Positions 26,873-38,619 of a stretch of 64,000 bases of DNA are shown here, in pieces. Each line of letters begins with the position of its first letter. Position 1 is the first letter of the stretch. The notes beneath the pieces were generated by a model. The model did no database searches, was not told the origin of the DNA, and was given only the letters and a program-made list of their open reading frames with translations. Source of the stretch: Hemiscyllium ocellatum (lineage: Eukaryota); contig NC_083408.1 of NCBI RefSeq assembly GCF_020745735.1, positions 8,073,131 through 8,137,130 of the forward strand, written 5' to 3'. Made by a program: the position numbers and the translations under genes.

Positions 26873-27489
26873 GGTCAGGAAACGTTGTGAGAGTTCCATA
26901 CACACACAATTAGATCTGATGGATGAGGTTACTTGAAAACTCAACACCATCCTTGTGTACATCTTGTCACATCAAAAGGACAGGCTCACCACGGTGGGGT
27001 CACTGGGGGATACGATCAAGGAAGGTGTTACCCTGCATCCCCAAAAATGCTTCCATAACCTGGGAAATCTCACGGTTACAGTTCAACGACTGTTAAGTAA
27101 ATCACGTGATCATGGACATTTCCTGCCCCCTACATCAATCCTTCGTATTAACTCAGATCCCCTCGATGTTGGAAATGAATCGAAGTCAGCTTTGAGAGTG
27201 ACAAGGACACAAACCGCTCTCTGGATGTGGGATTTCAAGGGTGTCTCCACTGACTCAGCAGTGAGAGCCTCTAATACACAGCAGCCAGACTGTGCGAAGT
27301 AAAGGAGGAACCTTCTCACCAAACTACTTGTCACAGCTAGATCTGTCTCTAATATTATCTGCAGGAGCAGCCAACACACAGTCCTGGCAGAGGGAAGTCT
27401 CATCCTCATATTTAAAGTACTGCCCACTATATTATATGTTACTCGCACCCGTGAATCAAGGCATACCTCTGAAGGACAGATCAAATGCA

Positions 27490-27605
27490 ATGTGGGCGTT
27501 CCATGAGGAACTGTGGGCCGTGTGAAGCTGCGGAATCAATGGCCTTCCTTCCATCATAAAGTCAGTATTCGGCTGTTCACTGATGATTCCAAAATGTTCA
27601 GCACC
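27490..27605 (+). mobile_element. Degenerate LINE reverse-transcriptase fragment (CR1/L2 group)
   Basis: GGCGTTCCATGAGGAACTGTG...ATCAATGGCCTTCCTTCCATCATAAAGTCAG...TTCACTGATGATTCC resembles GVPQG...INDLPSII.S...FADD. Confidence 0.55.
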
Positions 27606-28189
27606 AGTCACAACTAAATCTATACTGAAGAAGTTTATTCCACCTATCAATTTTAAACAGGTAAACAATGTGGCCTTTCAACCATTAAGGACTGTTACTC
27701 AGCAATTGGTGCAGATCTTTCAATCTCTCATGTCTGTTCCATAGGAAAGTGTTGGGCTCTTTCAGCCTTTCTAATCTGCAACGTAGGAATACGTGGAGGA
27801 TTGGTTCCTGAGGCTGGAGCAGGGGTAAATTAAGGAGGCATTTATCAATTTAACACAAAATGTCGAATGCAGTGAGGCAGTGAGCAACGTTGGAGCACAG
27901 CTACTTGCAACTTATACCAACGTTTTAGGTAAATGGAAAAATGTTTTCTCACTATGTTAGGCAGTAAACTAAGTAAGCAAGAGGTAGATAATCGCTAATA
28001 AGATAAGCAACAAACAAAATGCTGGCAGCAGCAATATAACGTGCGTATCCATGAAACTTTGATTTTTTTTTCAGAAATCTAAAAAGGCTGTATATTACAG
28101 AAATGGAGAGAGATTTTGATGTGGTTATTTGGCGCTGGGAGTGGTAAAGTGTTTTTTAGTCGCGTTTCAATGGCATGGCCTTTATCCGA

Positions 28190-28409
28190 GAGAGCTGAAA
28201 ATGTGTTGCTGGTTAAAGCACAGCAGGTCAGGCAGCATCCAAGGAACAGGAAATTCGATGTTTCGGGCCAGAGTTCTTCATCAGAAGGAAGGGCTCTGGC
28301 CCGAAACATCGAATTTCCTGTTCCTTGAATGCTGCCTGACCTGCTGTGCTTCAACCAGCAACACATTTTCAGCTCTGATCCTCAGCATCTGTAGACCTCA
28401 CTTTTTACT
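28190..28409. mobile_element. Penelope-derived hairpin mini-element with hammerhead motif and 16-bp target-site duplication
   Basis: About 90-bp near-perfect inverted arms (28191-28279 vs 28288-28376). Flanked by CTTTATCCGAGAGAGC (28180-28195) and CTTTATCCGCGAGAGC (28410-28425). Minus strand reads CTGATGA-AGAACTCTGGCCC-GAAACATC. Confidence 0.88.
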
Positions 28410-28689
28410 CTTTATCCGCGAGAGCATCATTTCCTTCCAGGTATCGACCCGAAGACGATCTGAATGAAGAGGCTGCGGCTGCTGCCGGGACAGTTAGTAT
28501 TCACCAATATGATGTACTGTGCATGGCTACACTGTCACATTAATGCAGTGAGAAAAAAGAGGGTCCAATCACAAGAATGAGAAAAAAACACATTGCTGGA
28601 TCAGCTGATATGGTAAACAAGATCACACTCTCAATCCAGCACAGAGAACCATTAACCCAGAGGAGATATCTTTCAGCTCAGAAACTGTG

Positions 28690-29411
28690 TGAATCAAGCT
28701 CTTCGGGATGCAAACCGGAAATCTGCCGGGTGTAGAAAACTGTGCAGACCACAGCAGTGCGTTAATCTGCAAACCCAGACAAGACAAATGTCCAACACGG
28801 GTACCTGTGCAGATCACAGCAGTGCATTCGTCAAGAACACGAACTCGGTATCTGTCTAGCAGCGGGAGCTATGCTTACCACAGCAATGTATTGATCTATA
28901 CATCCGAACTAGATAACTGTCCACCACCAGGAGCAATGCAGACCACAGCAATGCATTCAGCTACAAACGCGGACTAGATATCTTTCTAGCGCTGGGAGAT
29001 ATGGAGTCCACAGCAGTTCATTGATCCATAAAGCTGGATTAGGTGTCGGTCCAGCACCAGGACCTATGCAGAACACAACAGTGCATTGTTCTGTAAACAC
29101 GGACGAGATATCTATCCAACACCATAAGGTGTACAGACCTCAGTAGGGCTTGCATCTGTAAACCTGAACTCGATATCTGGCTCGCATGGGGAGCTATGCA
29201 GACCACAGCAGGGAATTTATCTGTAACTCGGACTTAGGTATCTGTCCAGCACCGGGATCTATTCAGACCACAGCAGTGCATTGACCTATAAAAGCTGACC
29301 AGATATCTGTTCAACAGTGGGAAGAGTGTAGACCACAGCAGTGCATTGAACTATAAACTCGGTTTAGATATCCGTCCAACACTGGGAGCTATGGAGGCCC
29401 CAGCAGTGCAA
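28690..29411 (+). repeat. 65-bp minisatellite, about 11 copies
   Basis: CAGACC-like anchors at 28745, 28810, 28874, 28939, 29004, 29069, 29134, 29199, 29264, 29329, 29394. Consensus CAGACCACAGCAGTGCATTGATCTATAAACCCGGACTAGATATCTGTCCAGCACCGGGAGCTATG. Confidence 0.92.
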
Positions 29412-29804
29412 CTATACCTAGGCCACTATGAATGAAGCACCCTGCAAGAGGTACATATGAATTTTATTTCATTTTCCTTAACTTTGAATGATTTGGATGC
29501 ATGCTCCAAATTACAGTGAGAATGGATTGAACAATGCTGAATGAAACGCAATGGCAGCAATGGGGTCAGCAACAGCCATGTTCATCTCCTTCTAATCATA
29601 ACTGAGGGATAGCAGTTATTCGAAGAAAAAAAAGCCATGAAATGTCTTAATGATTTTTGCAGAGTCATAATGTTCAAGCTGAAACTTCTCTTCTCTGCCC
29701 ACACTTTGTTTGTCTGATTTGCATTCTGTTTTCTGTTTGCAAACTTTTAACATTTTAATGCAGGAGCTAAGTCTCAGACCGAAGGCAAGGCCTCGAGATT
29801 TAAA

Positions 29805-30505
29805 GCACAGTGCAGGCTGGAGATGAGGCCGGGCGTGGTCTGTTGATTGGGCCCAATTTGGTCTGGAGACAGAGACCAGACATGTCTGGAAACTGGGTTT
29901 GGTCTGATCTGGACATTGGGTTCGGCATGACCTTGAGACTGGATCCAGCTTGGCTTGGAGACTGGGCCTGGTGCAGTATGAAGACTGAGCTGGCAACACA
30001 CTGGACACTAGGCCCAGTACGGTCTGGAGGTATTGCCTGGCATGCAGTGTAGTTTGGGCCTAGCACAGTCTGCAGACTGGGACTGGTGCAACCTGGAGAC
30101 TAGGTCCAGCACGGTGTGAAGATAGGGCCTAACATGGCCTGCAGATTGGGCCTAGCACGGTCCAGAGATTAAGCTCGACATGGACAGAAGGCTGAGTCTG
30201 TTGTGGCCTGACATCTGTGCCCAGCGCGGCCTGTCGACTCGGCCCGACATGTTCGGGAGACTGGGCCCAGTGCAGACAGAGGACGGGGCCGGTACAATCT
30301 GGATCTGGGTCTTGTGCAGTCGGGGGTTAGGCTCACCATGGTCACGAGACTGGGCCCGGAGCGACCTGGAGATTGGTCCCAGTACAGCCTGGAGATTGGA
30401 TCTGGCTTGGCTTGGAGACTGGCCCAGTGCAGTCTGGAGACTGGCCCTGTCCTGATCTGGAGACTTGGCCTGGTGTTGTCCAGAAATTCGGTGCTGCCCC
30501 AGACT
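29805..30505 (+). repeat. 23-bp GC-rich minisatellite, about 30 diverged copies
   Basis: TGGAGAC-like anchors at 30071, 30094, 30117, 30140. Consensus about GGTCTGGAGACTGGGCCCAGCGC. Confidence 0.88.
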
Positions 30506-30519
30506 GAGGTCGAAGGGCT

Positions 30520-30700
30520 GTATTTCGAGTTCGTTCTTTTTTTACCTGGTTATTCTTCTGCTGGACTTAAATCTGTGTTTCTTTCAATTTTGCACACAAT
30601 ACTATACTATCTGTACCAAGATTTCTTGCACCTGACCTGGCGCCATAAACAAAAAATATTGCAGTCTTTTCACTGCACACATTAGAATTCACGTGACAAT
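30520..30700 (+). mobile_element. Retroposon-like 3' tail adjoining the 23-bp array
   Basis: TTTTCACTGCACACATTAGAATTCACGTGACAAT resembles a LINE/SINE 3' stem-loop end. A related end lies in reverse at about 31575-31640 (TTTATTGTCACATGTATTC). Confidence 0.45.
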
Positions 30701-30919
30701 GAAGACTGTTTTTGATGTATTTTCCAAACAATGCTGCAGTGCCATGGTCGTCCAGGACAGGATGGAATTACGTCAATTTAAAAGCCAGATGGAATTTATC
30801 AACAAAGACAGTTTTCGGGAGCGAGGAGGGACATTTTGATTGCCCACTTCAATGGATTAACTCTCAAAACAACAGAATCACAAGGTTCAGAGAAGCAAAC
30901 ATAATGCAGTAATACATTA

Positions 30920-30939
30920 ACACACACACACACACACAC
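30920..30939. repeat. (AC)n microsatellite
   Basis: About 10 perfect AC units. Confidence 0.9.
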
Positions 30940-31019
30940 CAATAAACATACAGGCATTTGGCGACATTTGGCCCCTCAAGCCTGCATTTACAATCAATAA
31001 GACTATGACTGACGTGCTC

Positions 31020-31550
31020 TAGGCTGCAAGGTTAGTTGCTCTTGGGAGATAGGGCAGGGCAAGGGACTGGGCTGTTGCAGTGTGGTCACATTCGGACAAG
31101 TGACCGTAATTGTATTCGTTCTGGAAACGAATAATCCTGGTCCACAAATTAAACGTTATGAATTGGGGTTAGATTCATTGTGATGCTACTAGGCAGGAAC
31201 TTGAAAAACATGATTGGAAGAAGCTGGTAGCAAGTAAAAAAGACGTCAAGCAAATGGGAGTCTTTCAAAAGCGAGATAATCAGAGTTCAGGAAGAGCATG
31301 TCCCTACCAGTGTGAAAAGTAATGCTAGCACGGACAGAGGCAGCTTGAATCAAGTGAAACCCTTGAACATTCAGTGCGTAGGAGTACACATACCAGGGAA
31401 ATGATGAGGGGAAAACAGGGAGCATGAGATAGCTTTGGCAGATAAGGTTATGGAAAATGGAAAGATATTTTAGAAGTATGTTAAGGTCAAAAAATAAATT
31501 AGTTTCAATATATGACGCCTTAGAAATCAGTCATTTCTGTGTGGTTCCAC
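31020..31550 (+). mobile_element. Degenerate CR1 LINE ORF2 fragment (end of endonuclease and linker)
   Basis: TTCGGACAAGTGACCGTAAT (SDH-like motif), followed by W..L and KWESFKSEIIRVQ-like segments. Confidence 0.65.
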
Positions 31551-31814
31551 AATGGACGGATTCCATTTATTAGGTTTATTGTCACATGTATTCACAAGAA
31601 GACAAGTCTCCACATGTGATGCAATCTTATGTACCAAGTTCCACTCCCACTTCACTCCCCCGGCAACATACAGAATCTTGATAGAAAGCTGGAAAAATAC
31701 AAGAACACTGTTGCCAGATCAACAACATTTCATAAGCAACTGGCCAAAGTCGACAGAAGGACTCGGCCTCCCCAACTCCGCTTCCTTACAGCCTGTTCCT
31801 GCTCGATGGGTGAG

Positions 31815-32615
31815 ATCCCACTCTGAGAAAATAAACGCTTCTAGCTATTCACTTTGTTTATACCTCTCATGATTGCGAAGATCTCAATCAGGTCCCTCCA
31901 ACCTCAATCTTTCTAATGAGAATAATCTTAATCTACTGAACCTCTCTTCATAGCTAGCGCCCTACTCTCCAAGCAACGTCTGCACCCTTTTGAAAGCATC
32001 CACTTCCTTCAGGTGACCCGAACTATACGCAGTATTCCAAGTCCGGCCGAACCAAAATCCCACTCAACTGGAACAACATCTGTCAACTCTTATACTCAAT
32101 GCTCTATTCAGTGTAGGAAAATTTGCTGGATGCCTTCTTGACCACTTTGCCGACCTGCGTTGCCACCTTCAGAGAACAATAGACTTGAACACCCATGTCT
32201 CTATGTACGTTAATTTTCACCAGGACTTTTCCATTTACTGTATAGTTTTCTCCTGAACTGGATCTCCCAAAATGCATCAACTCGCATTTGCCCTGATTGG
32301 ACTCCATCTGTTTTTACTCTGCCCATCTGCTGTATTCTGCTGCATTCACTGATAATCCTCTTCACTACCTGCTACTCTACCAATCTAAGTGCTATCTGCA
32401 AATTTGCGTTATAGTGGTCCCACCACGGATCCCTGTGCAACACAACTGGTGATAGATTTCCATTTTGAGAAGCACATTTCTACTTCTACTCTGTTTCCTG
32501 TTGCCCAAAATGTTATTTATCCCAATTGCTTGAACATTCTAGATCCCATGCAATTTTCACTTTCTCCATCTGACAACCGTGGATAAATTTATCAAATGCC
32601 TTACTAATGTCCATC
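31815..32615 (-). mobile_element. CR1 LINE ORF2 RT fragment, deleted and decayed
   Basis: ORF 32104-32307 reads KCELMHFGRS...RDMGVQVYCSLKVATQVGKVVKKA. KFADST and GSVVGP remnants at 32390-32435. Confidence 0.85.
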
Positions 32616-33375
32616 TGAAGCCCTATCGCCACCATTCAACACTGTCACCTCCTCAAATAATTCCATTGAGTCTTACAGAAGCTTACCACAGTGTAAGAAA
32701 GAAATCCTTGAAATGGACAAAAGGTGAAAGCTCCAGTGATTTTATTGTTGTAACTTGGACCTCACAATATCAGTGTTGGTGGTTTAGGAAAAAGGCAGAT
32801 GGAGCACAGTTAAGATACTTGAATTTTAACCAATTTGCTCTGACCCTCTTACCTGATCAAAGCACTCTCAAACAAAGGAATTTCCGCTTTCTGGTTTGTA
32901 TCCTTTGATCTCTTCTGCTTCAACTTGTGCCTCTGTGAAATCGTGAAGGCACAATCTGGGAAGATTTCCCAATAAGACTCCTGCAATGCTTCCGTAGCCT
33001 GACTCTGTACTGGCATTTTAAATAGAGTAGGGAGCATGCCATCATTTGCAATGACAAAGTGTATCGCTGGATCTGAGAGTTTGCCCAGTACTCGAACCTC
33101 AAATTCTCCCCTCTTCTCTGGACATTTAGCCTCACTGAGCAATTTCCCTACCATGATTTTTTGTTGCCAGTTCCTTTTCGGGCTATATTCCCTCAGGAGT
33201 AAAGATCTCCTCATCCTTCTACATCACAGACTGAGAGGATCCATTGTCTCTTAATATTGTAATCTCTGTATCTGCTATTATTGGCTTATTTGAATAAACT
33301 TGACAGACCTTGCACTTCGACCTCAATCAACGTCTGACTCAGCTTTCTGGCTTCGATTGGGCTGTCTGTTATTTT

Positions 33376-34893
33376 GAACTGAAAAATGTGTTGTTGGAAA
33401 AGCGCAGCAGGTCAGGCATCATCTAAGGAGCAGGAGAATCGACGTTTCGGGCATAAGCTCTACTTCAGGAATGGGGAGGGTGCGCCAAGCAGGCTATGAT
33501 AAAAGATAGGCAGAGCGACTTGAGGGAGGGGCGTTGGAATGCGATAGGTGTAAGGAAGTTGAGGTGAGGGTGATATGCTGAAGAGGCGGTGGGGGCGGAG
33601 ATGTCGGGAAGAAGTTTGCAGGTCAAGAAGGTGGTGCTGAGTCCAAGGGTTGGGACTGAGATAAGGTGGGCGGAGGGGAAATGAGAAAGCTGGAGAAATC
33701 TGCATTCATCCCTTGTGGCTGGAGGTTTCCTAGGCGGAAGATAAGGCCCTCTTTTTCCAGGCGTCGTGTTGCTATGTTCTGGCGATGGAAGAGGCCAAGG
33801 ACCTGCATGTCCTTGGTGGAATGGGAGGGGGTGTTGAAGTGTTCAGCTACGGGGCGGTTGGGTTGGTTGGTGCGGGTGTCCCAGAGATGTTCTCTGAAAA
33901 TTTCCATAAGTAGGTGGCCTGTCTCCCCAATGTATAGGAGGCCACGTCGGGTGCAGTAGAAACAATAAATGATCAGCGTGGAGGGACAGGTGAATTTGTG
34001 ATGGATATGGACGGATCCCTTGGGGCCTTGGAGTGAAGTGAGGGGGTGGTGTGGGCTCACGTTTTGCATTTCTTGCGGTTGCAGGGGAAGGTGCTGGGAG
34101 TAGAGGTTGGGATGGTGGGTGGTGTGGACCTGAAGACGGAGTCACGAAGCGAGTGGTCTTTCTGGAACGCTAATAGGGGAGGGGAGGGAAATATATCCTT
34201 GGTGGTGGGGTCCGTTTGGAGGTGGCGGAAATGACGAAAGATGATCCGATGTACCTGGAGGTTGGTGGGGTGGTAGGTGAGGACGAATTGTGTTCTGTAC
34301 TGTTGGCGATTGGAGGGGCGGGTTTGAAAGGCAGAGGAGCCGCAAGTGGAGGAGATGCGGTGGACAGCATCGTCAACCACGTATGCGGGGAAATTGCGGT
34401 CTTTGAAGAAGGAAGCCATCTGGGTTGTTCGGTATTGGCATTGGTCCTCCTGGGAGCAGATGCGGCGGAGGCGAAGGAATTGGGAAAATGGGATGTCGTT
34501 TTTACACGGGGAAGGGTGGGAGGAAATGCAATCGAGGTAGCTGTGGGAATCAGTCAGTTTATACGGAATGTCTATGTTGAGTCGGTCTCCGGAGATAGAA
34601 ATGGAGTGTTTTAGTAAGCGGAGGGAAGAGACTGAGATGGTCCAGGTAAATTTGAGGTCGGGGTGAAAGGTGTTAGTAAAGTGGATGAACTGTAAAACCT
34701 CCTCGTGGAAGCACGAGGTAGCGCTGATACCGTCATCGAAGTAGTGGAGGAAAAGGTGTGGGGTGGTGCCAGTGTAGCAGCGGAAGATGGACTGTTCCAC
34801 ATATCTGACGAAGAGGCAGGCATAGCAGGGACCCATGCGGGTGCCCATGGCTACTCCTTTGGTTTGGAGCAAGTGGGAGGATTGGAAAGAGAA
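33376..34893 (-). mobile_element. Penelope-like element, left arm of a 3-kb palindrome (RT half, GIY-YIG, hammerhead 3' end)
   Basis: ORF 34057-34932: GVAMGTRMGP...HYFDD...DSHSYL...FLRLRRICS. ORF 33623-34069: IIYCFYCTRRGLLYIGETG...VAEHFN. Confidence 0.93.
33437..33472 (-). ncRNA. Hammerhead motif with mutated core (CUGAAGU)
   Basis: Minus strand: ATTC-CTGAAGT-AGAGCTTATGCCC-GAAACGTCGATT. Counterpart of 36326-36361; probably inactive. Confidence 0.55.
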
Positions 34894-34911
34894 TTCTCTT
34901 TCCAAGACAAC

Positions 34912-36456
34912 TTCTCTTTCCAATCTTCCCACTTACTCCAAACCAAAGGAGTAGCCATGGGCACCCGCATGGGCCCCTGCTATGCCTGCCTCTTCGTCAG
35001 ATATGTGGAACAGTCCATCTTCCGCTGCTACACTGGCATCACACCACACCTTTTCCTCCACTACATCGATGACTGTGTCAGCGCTACTTCGTGCTCCCAC
35101 GAGGAGGTTGAACAGTTCATCCACTTTTCTAACACCTTCCACCCCGAACTCAAATTTACTTGGACCGTTTCAGACTTTTCCCTCCCCTTTCTAGACCTCT
35201 CCATTTCTATCTTGGGCGAACGACTCAACACGGACATTCACTATAAATCGACCGACTCCCACAGCTACCTAGATTACATCCCCTCCCACCCTGCCCCCTG
35301 TAAAAACGCCATCCCATATTTCCAATTCGTTCGCCTCCGCCGCATCTGTTCCCAGGAGGACCAATTCCAATACCGGACAACCCAGATGGCCTCCTTCATC
35401 AAAGACTGCAATTTTTCCTCAGACGTGGTTGACGATGCTCTCCACTGCATCTCCTCCGCTTGCCGCTCCTCCGCCCTTGAACCCCGCCCCTCCAATTGCC
35501 ACCAGGACAGAACCCCATTGACCCTCACCTACCACCCCGTCAACATCCAGATACATCGTATCATCTTTTGTCATTTCCACCACTTTTCAAAGAGACCCAC
35601 CACCAAAGATATATATCCCTCCCCTGTTAGCATTTCAGAAAGACCACTAACTCCGCAACTCCCTCGTCAGCTCCACACCCCCCATCAACTCAACCTCCAC
35701 TCCCGTCACCTTCCCCTGCAACTGCAAGAAGTGCAAAACGTGCGCCCACACCTTCCCCTCACTTCTCTCCAAGGCCCCAAGGGATCCTTCCATATCCATC
35801 ACAAATTCACCTGCAACTCCACACACATCATTTACTGCATCCGCTGCACCTGATGTGGCTTCCTCTTCATTGGGGAGAGAAGCCGCCCTACTTGTGGATT
35901 GTTTCAGAGAACACCTCTTGGAAACCCGCACCAACCCACCCAACCGCCCCTTGGCTGAAGACTCTAACTCGCCCTCCCACTCCGTCAAGGACATGCAGGT
36001 CCTTGGCCTGCTCCATCGCCAGAACATGGCAACATGACGTCTGGAGGAAGAGTGACTCATCTTCCACCGAGGAACCCTCCAACCACAAGGGATGTATTCA
36101 GATTTCTCCAGCTTTCTCATTTCCCCTCTGCCCACCTTATCTCAGTCCCAACCTTCAGACTCAGCACCGCCTTCTGGTCAATCTTCTTCCCGACCTCCCC
36201 GTCCCCCACCCCCTCTCCGGCCTACCACCCTCACCTTAACCTCCTTCCACCTATCGCATTTCAACGCCCATCCCACAAGTCCCTCCTCCCTACCTTTTAT
36301 CTTATCCTGCTTGGCTACCTTCCTCATTCCTGAAGAAGGGCTTATGCCCGAAACGTCGATTCTCCTGCACATTGGATGCTGTCTAACCAGCTGCGCCTTT
36401 CTAGCAAACATTTTTTTGCTCTGATTTCCAGCATCTGCAGTCCTCAACTTTTCCTT
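34912..36456 (+). mobile_element. Penelope-like element, right arm of the 3-kb palindrome
   Basis: ORF 34705-35853: GVAMGTRMGP...HYIDD...LPFLD...IIYCIRCT, then stop/frameshift in GIY-YIG. The whole palindrome is flanked by TCTGTTATTTT (33365-33375) and TCGGTTATTTT (36457-36467). Confidence 0.93.
36326..36361 (+). ncRNA. Minimal hammerhead ribozyme motif in Penelope 3' repeat
   Basis: ATTC-CTGAAGA-A GGGC TTAT GCCC-GAAA-CGTC-GATT: intact CUGANGA/GAAA core, 4-bp helix II, palindromic ACGT helix III, GUC cleavage triplet. Helix I is weak. Confidence 0.75.
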
Positions 36457-38219
36457 TCGGTTATTTTCCCAACAAAACTTCCAGACTTGTTCAATTTTCC
36501 TCCATCTGACTTTCTCCTATCCCACCGAAACTCTGGTTCTTTGTGGTCCACTTTATTACAATTAAATCACCAGAGCGTTTGATCTACTTTGTCCACTTTA
36601 AGGATTTATTTTTGACGTGGTGGTAAGTTCTCCTTCTGATCTTCACTGAGGCCTACCTTTCCCTTTCCAAATGCGGGTTTCTCTTTGCCCCAATTTCGAT
36701 CCCTCATGAACAGAAATTTATTTTGGGGAAGCCAAACGATGTTTTTTGGAGCAGCTCATAATCATCTGCCACTGCAGCTGATAACCTTGTTGTTTTAACC
36801 CTCTGCTCTTCCACATGAGGTTGTACTACATCTTCACTGAGGTTACCTTCAGCCTTTGCCTCCAGCCTTTTAAGCTGACTTCCCTTTTCAGTGTCAATTT
36901 CTGACGTTCAAACACTCTCTATATTTCTCTCACTTCTGCTGCTCTCTCTTTTTCTCTCTCTTCTGCTGCTCTCTTTATACCCTTTCTTCTGCTTTTCATC
37001 GTAAAGCAAACCGTTTCAATTCTGTTGCACTTTCCTTATCTCTAACCTCTAAATCAAACTGCAATTGACTTTTTGCCATCTCTCGGGATCATGATGGTGT
37101 TTCCAGCAAATTTAAATGCTGAATACTCCTGTATTTATCTCCCGTTTCCTCATAGAAGTAGACTCCTCCAACTCCAATTGTCTGATGATTCCTGCAGCTT
37201 CGTCTTATTCACTTTGTGTAAACTTCCAAAGCTACTGCATCCACATCCAGAAAACTCCCGCCGACTGAAAAAGCCATTGCTATCCCAAGAGTTATCTAAT
37301 CAACGAAACCAACACCTGAAAAAAAGACATTGTCACCTACCATTCGCTGTTTGAAATGCCTCAACCAATTGCCAAACCATTATTGATCAGACCGACCATT
37401 CAAAACATCCTTAATCAGCATTTCAGATGGTAGATTTGCTGTTTGTTTCGGTAAGTTGACAGTGAACATTACCCGGAGAAAGCTAGCTAGGTTCACTAGC
37501 AATGTGTAAGACAAAATAAAATCACAAAACTACGCAATGAAGCACAAAGAAAAGAATAAAGAACATCTACAGAACTCAATCTAGCCATGCTATATTGTAT
37601 CACGTGCTGAATATGCACAACAATCCCAATAATGAAACAAGAAATAAACAGAGCAAAAAAAGGAATGAAACAACAGTTTAAAGGTCGAGGTTAGAAGGGC
37701 TGAAGGAGAATAAGTTTAACGTCTGTTTCCACACCGCCTTGTGTGGAACTGATTCCTTCAAGATTTCACTTTCTGGGACGGGCCATTCCCTTTCATCACA
37801 CAGTCACTTCCAGGACATAAGCTTTGGCTTAAACTCTGATCTGTTTACATATAAATAAAAGTACACTTGATCTCTGTCCAAAACTAGGTAATGTGGAACC
37901 TGAATGATTTACAACTCTTCTGAAAAACAAAACACGTGGACGCAGTACCTCAGCGAAAGGGAACAATATCTCGAGACAAGAGCGAGTTTCACGACACGTC
38001 GGAAAGGATAAAGCCGGATGGAACAATTTAGACCCTCCTTGGTATCGGAAGCGGGAACGGAAAACACTATCACGTCGACCATGCAGAGGACTCCTCCCAG
38101 ACATCTGAGAGTTTGTGAACGCATTTACAGAGCTTTAACGCAGACTGCACAGAAACATAGGGAAAAGAGTAGAGTAGAGGATTGAAGACATGGAGCCTTC
38201 CTCATTCTATTTCATGGTC

Positions 38220-38423
38220 GACAGTGTCATGCTGGAAAAACCCGGCAGATCAGGCAGAATCGGAGGAGCAGGAGAACCGAGGATTGGGGCATGATCATGA
38301 TGAAGAGCTCCCGACCGAAATGTCGATTCTCCTGCTCGTCAGGCTCTGCCTGAAGTTTTATGCATTTCCGGCATCACACTCACGATTCTGACCTCCAGCA
38401 TCAGCAATCCTCACTTGCGCCCG
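38220..38423. mobile_element. Older Penelope-derived hairpin mini-element with 15-bp target-site duplication
   Basis: Diverged inverted arms around ATGATGAAGAGCTCCCGACCGAAATGTCG. Flanked by TTCTATTTCATGGTC (38205-38219) and TTCTACTTCATGGTC (38424-38438). Confidence 0.8.
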
Positions 38424-38619
38424 TTCTACTTCATGGTCAAATATATACCAAATATATTTTACCCACACAATGTACACATCACTTAATGTGATTGACCATC
38501 ATAAAAAGTATCAAATGGGAATTGCACAAGTTCCTTTTTTGCGCATTGGGTTTTCTAACCGAATCCAGAAATGGTGGCTGATGCATTATTTCCAAACCAT
38601 ACTCCTGTTCTTCCCCCAT

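Larger units (their letters stand above)
32700..37996 (-). mobile_element. Decayed Gmr1-like Gypsy LTR retrotransposon (LTR, gag, protease), interrupted by the Penelope palindrome
   Basis: Minus strand gives AAVADDYELL (about 36745-36780), zinc-knuckle remnant FNCNKVDH (about 36545-36570), protease ITILRDNGSSQS (about 33229-33265) and IFPDCAFTISQ (ORF 32849-33214). Probable LTR at about 37380-37996, ending ...TTCACGACA. Confidence 0.7.

Noticed and set aside
28690-29411. CRISPR-like regular spacing
   Set aside because: The whole unit is repeated with no unique spacers, there are no cas genes, and the context is eukaryotic.
34705-35853. 382-aa ORF as a functional or domesticated RT gene
   Set aside because: The N-terminal part is antisense read-through of the other palindrome arm; the RT lacks its N-terminal motifs, and the GIY-YIG region has a frameshift and stop.
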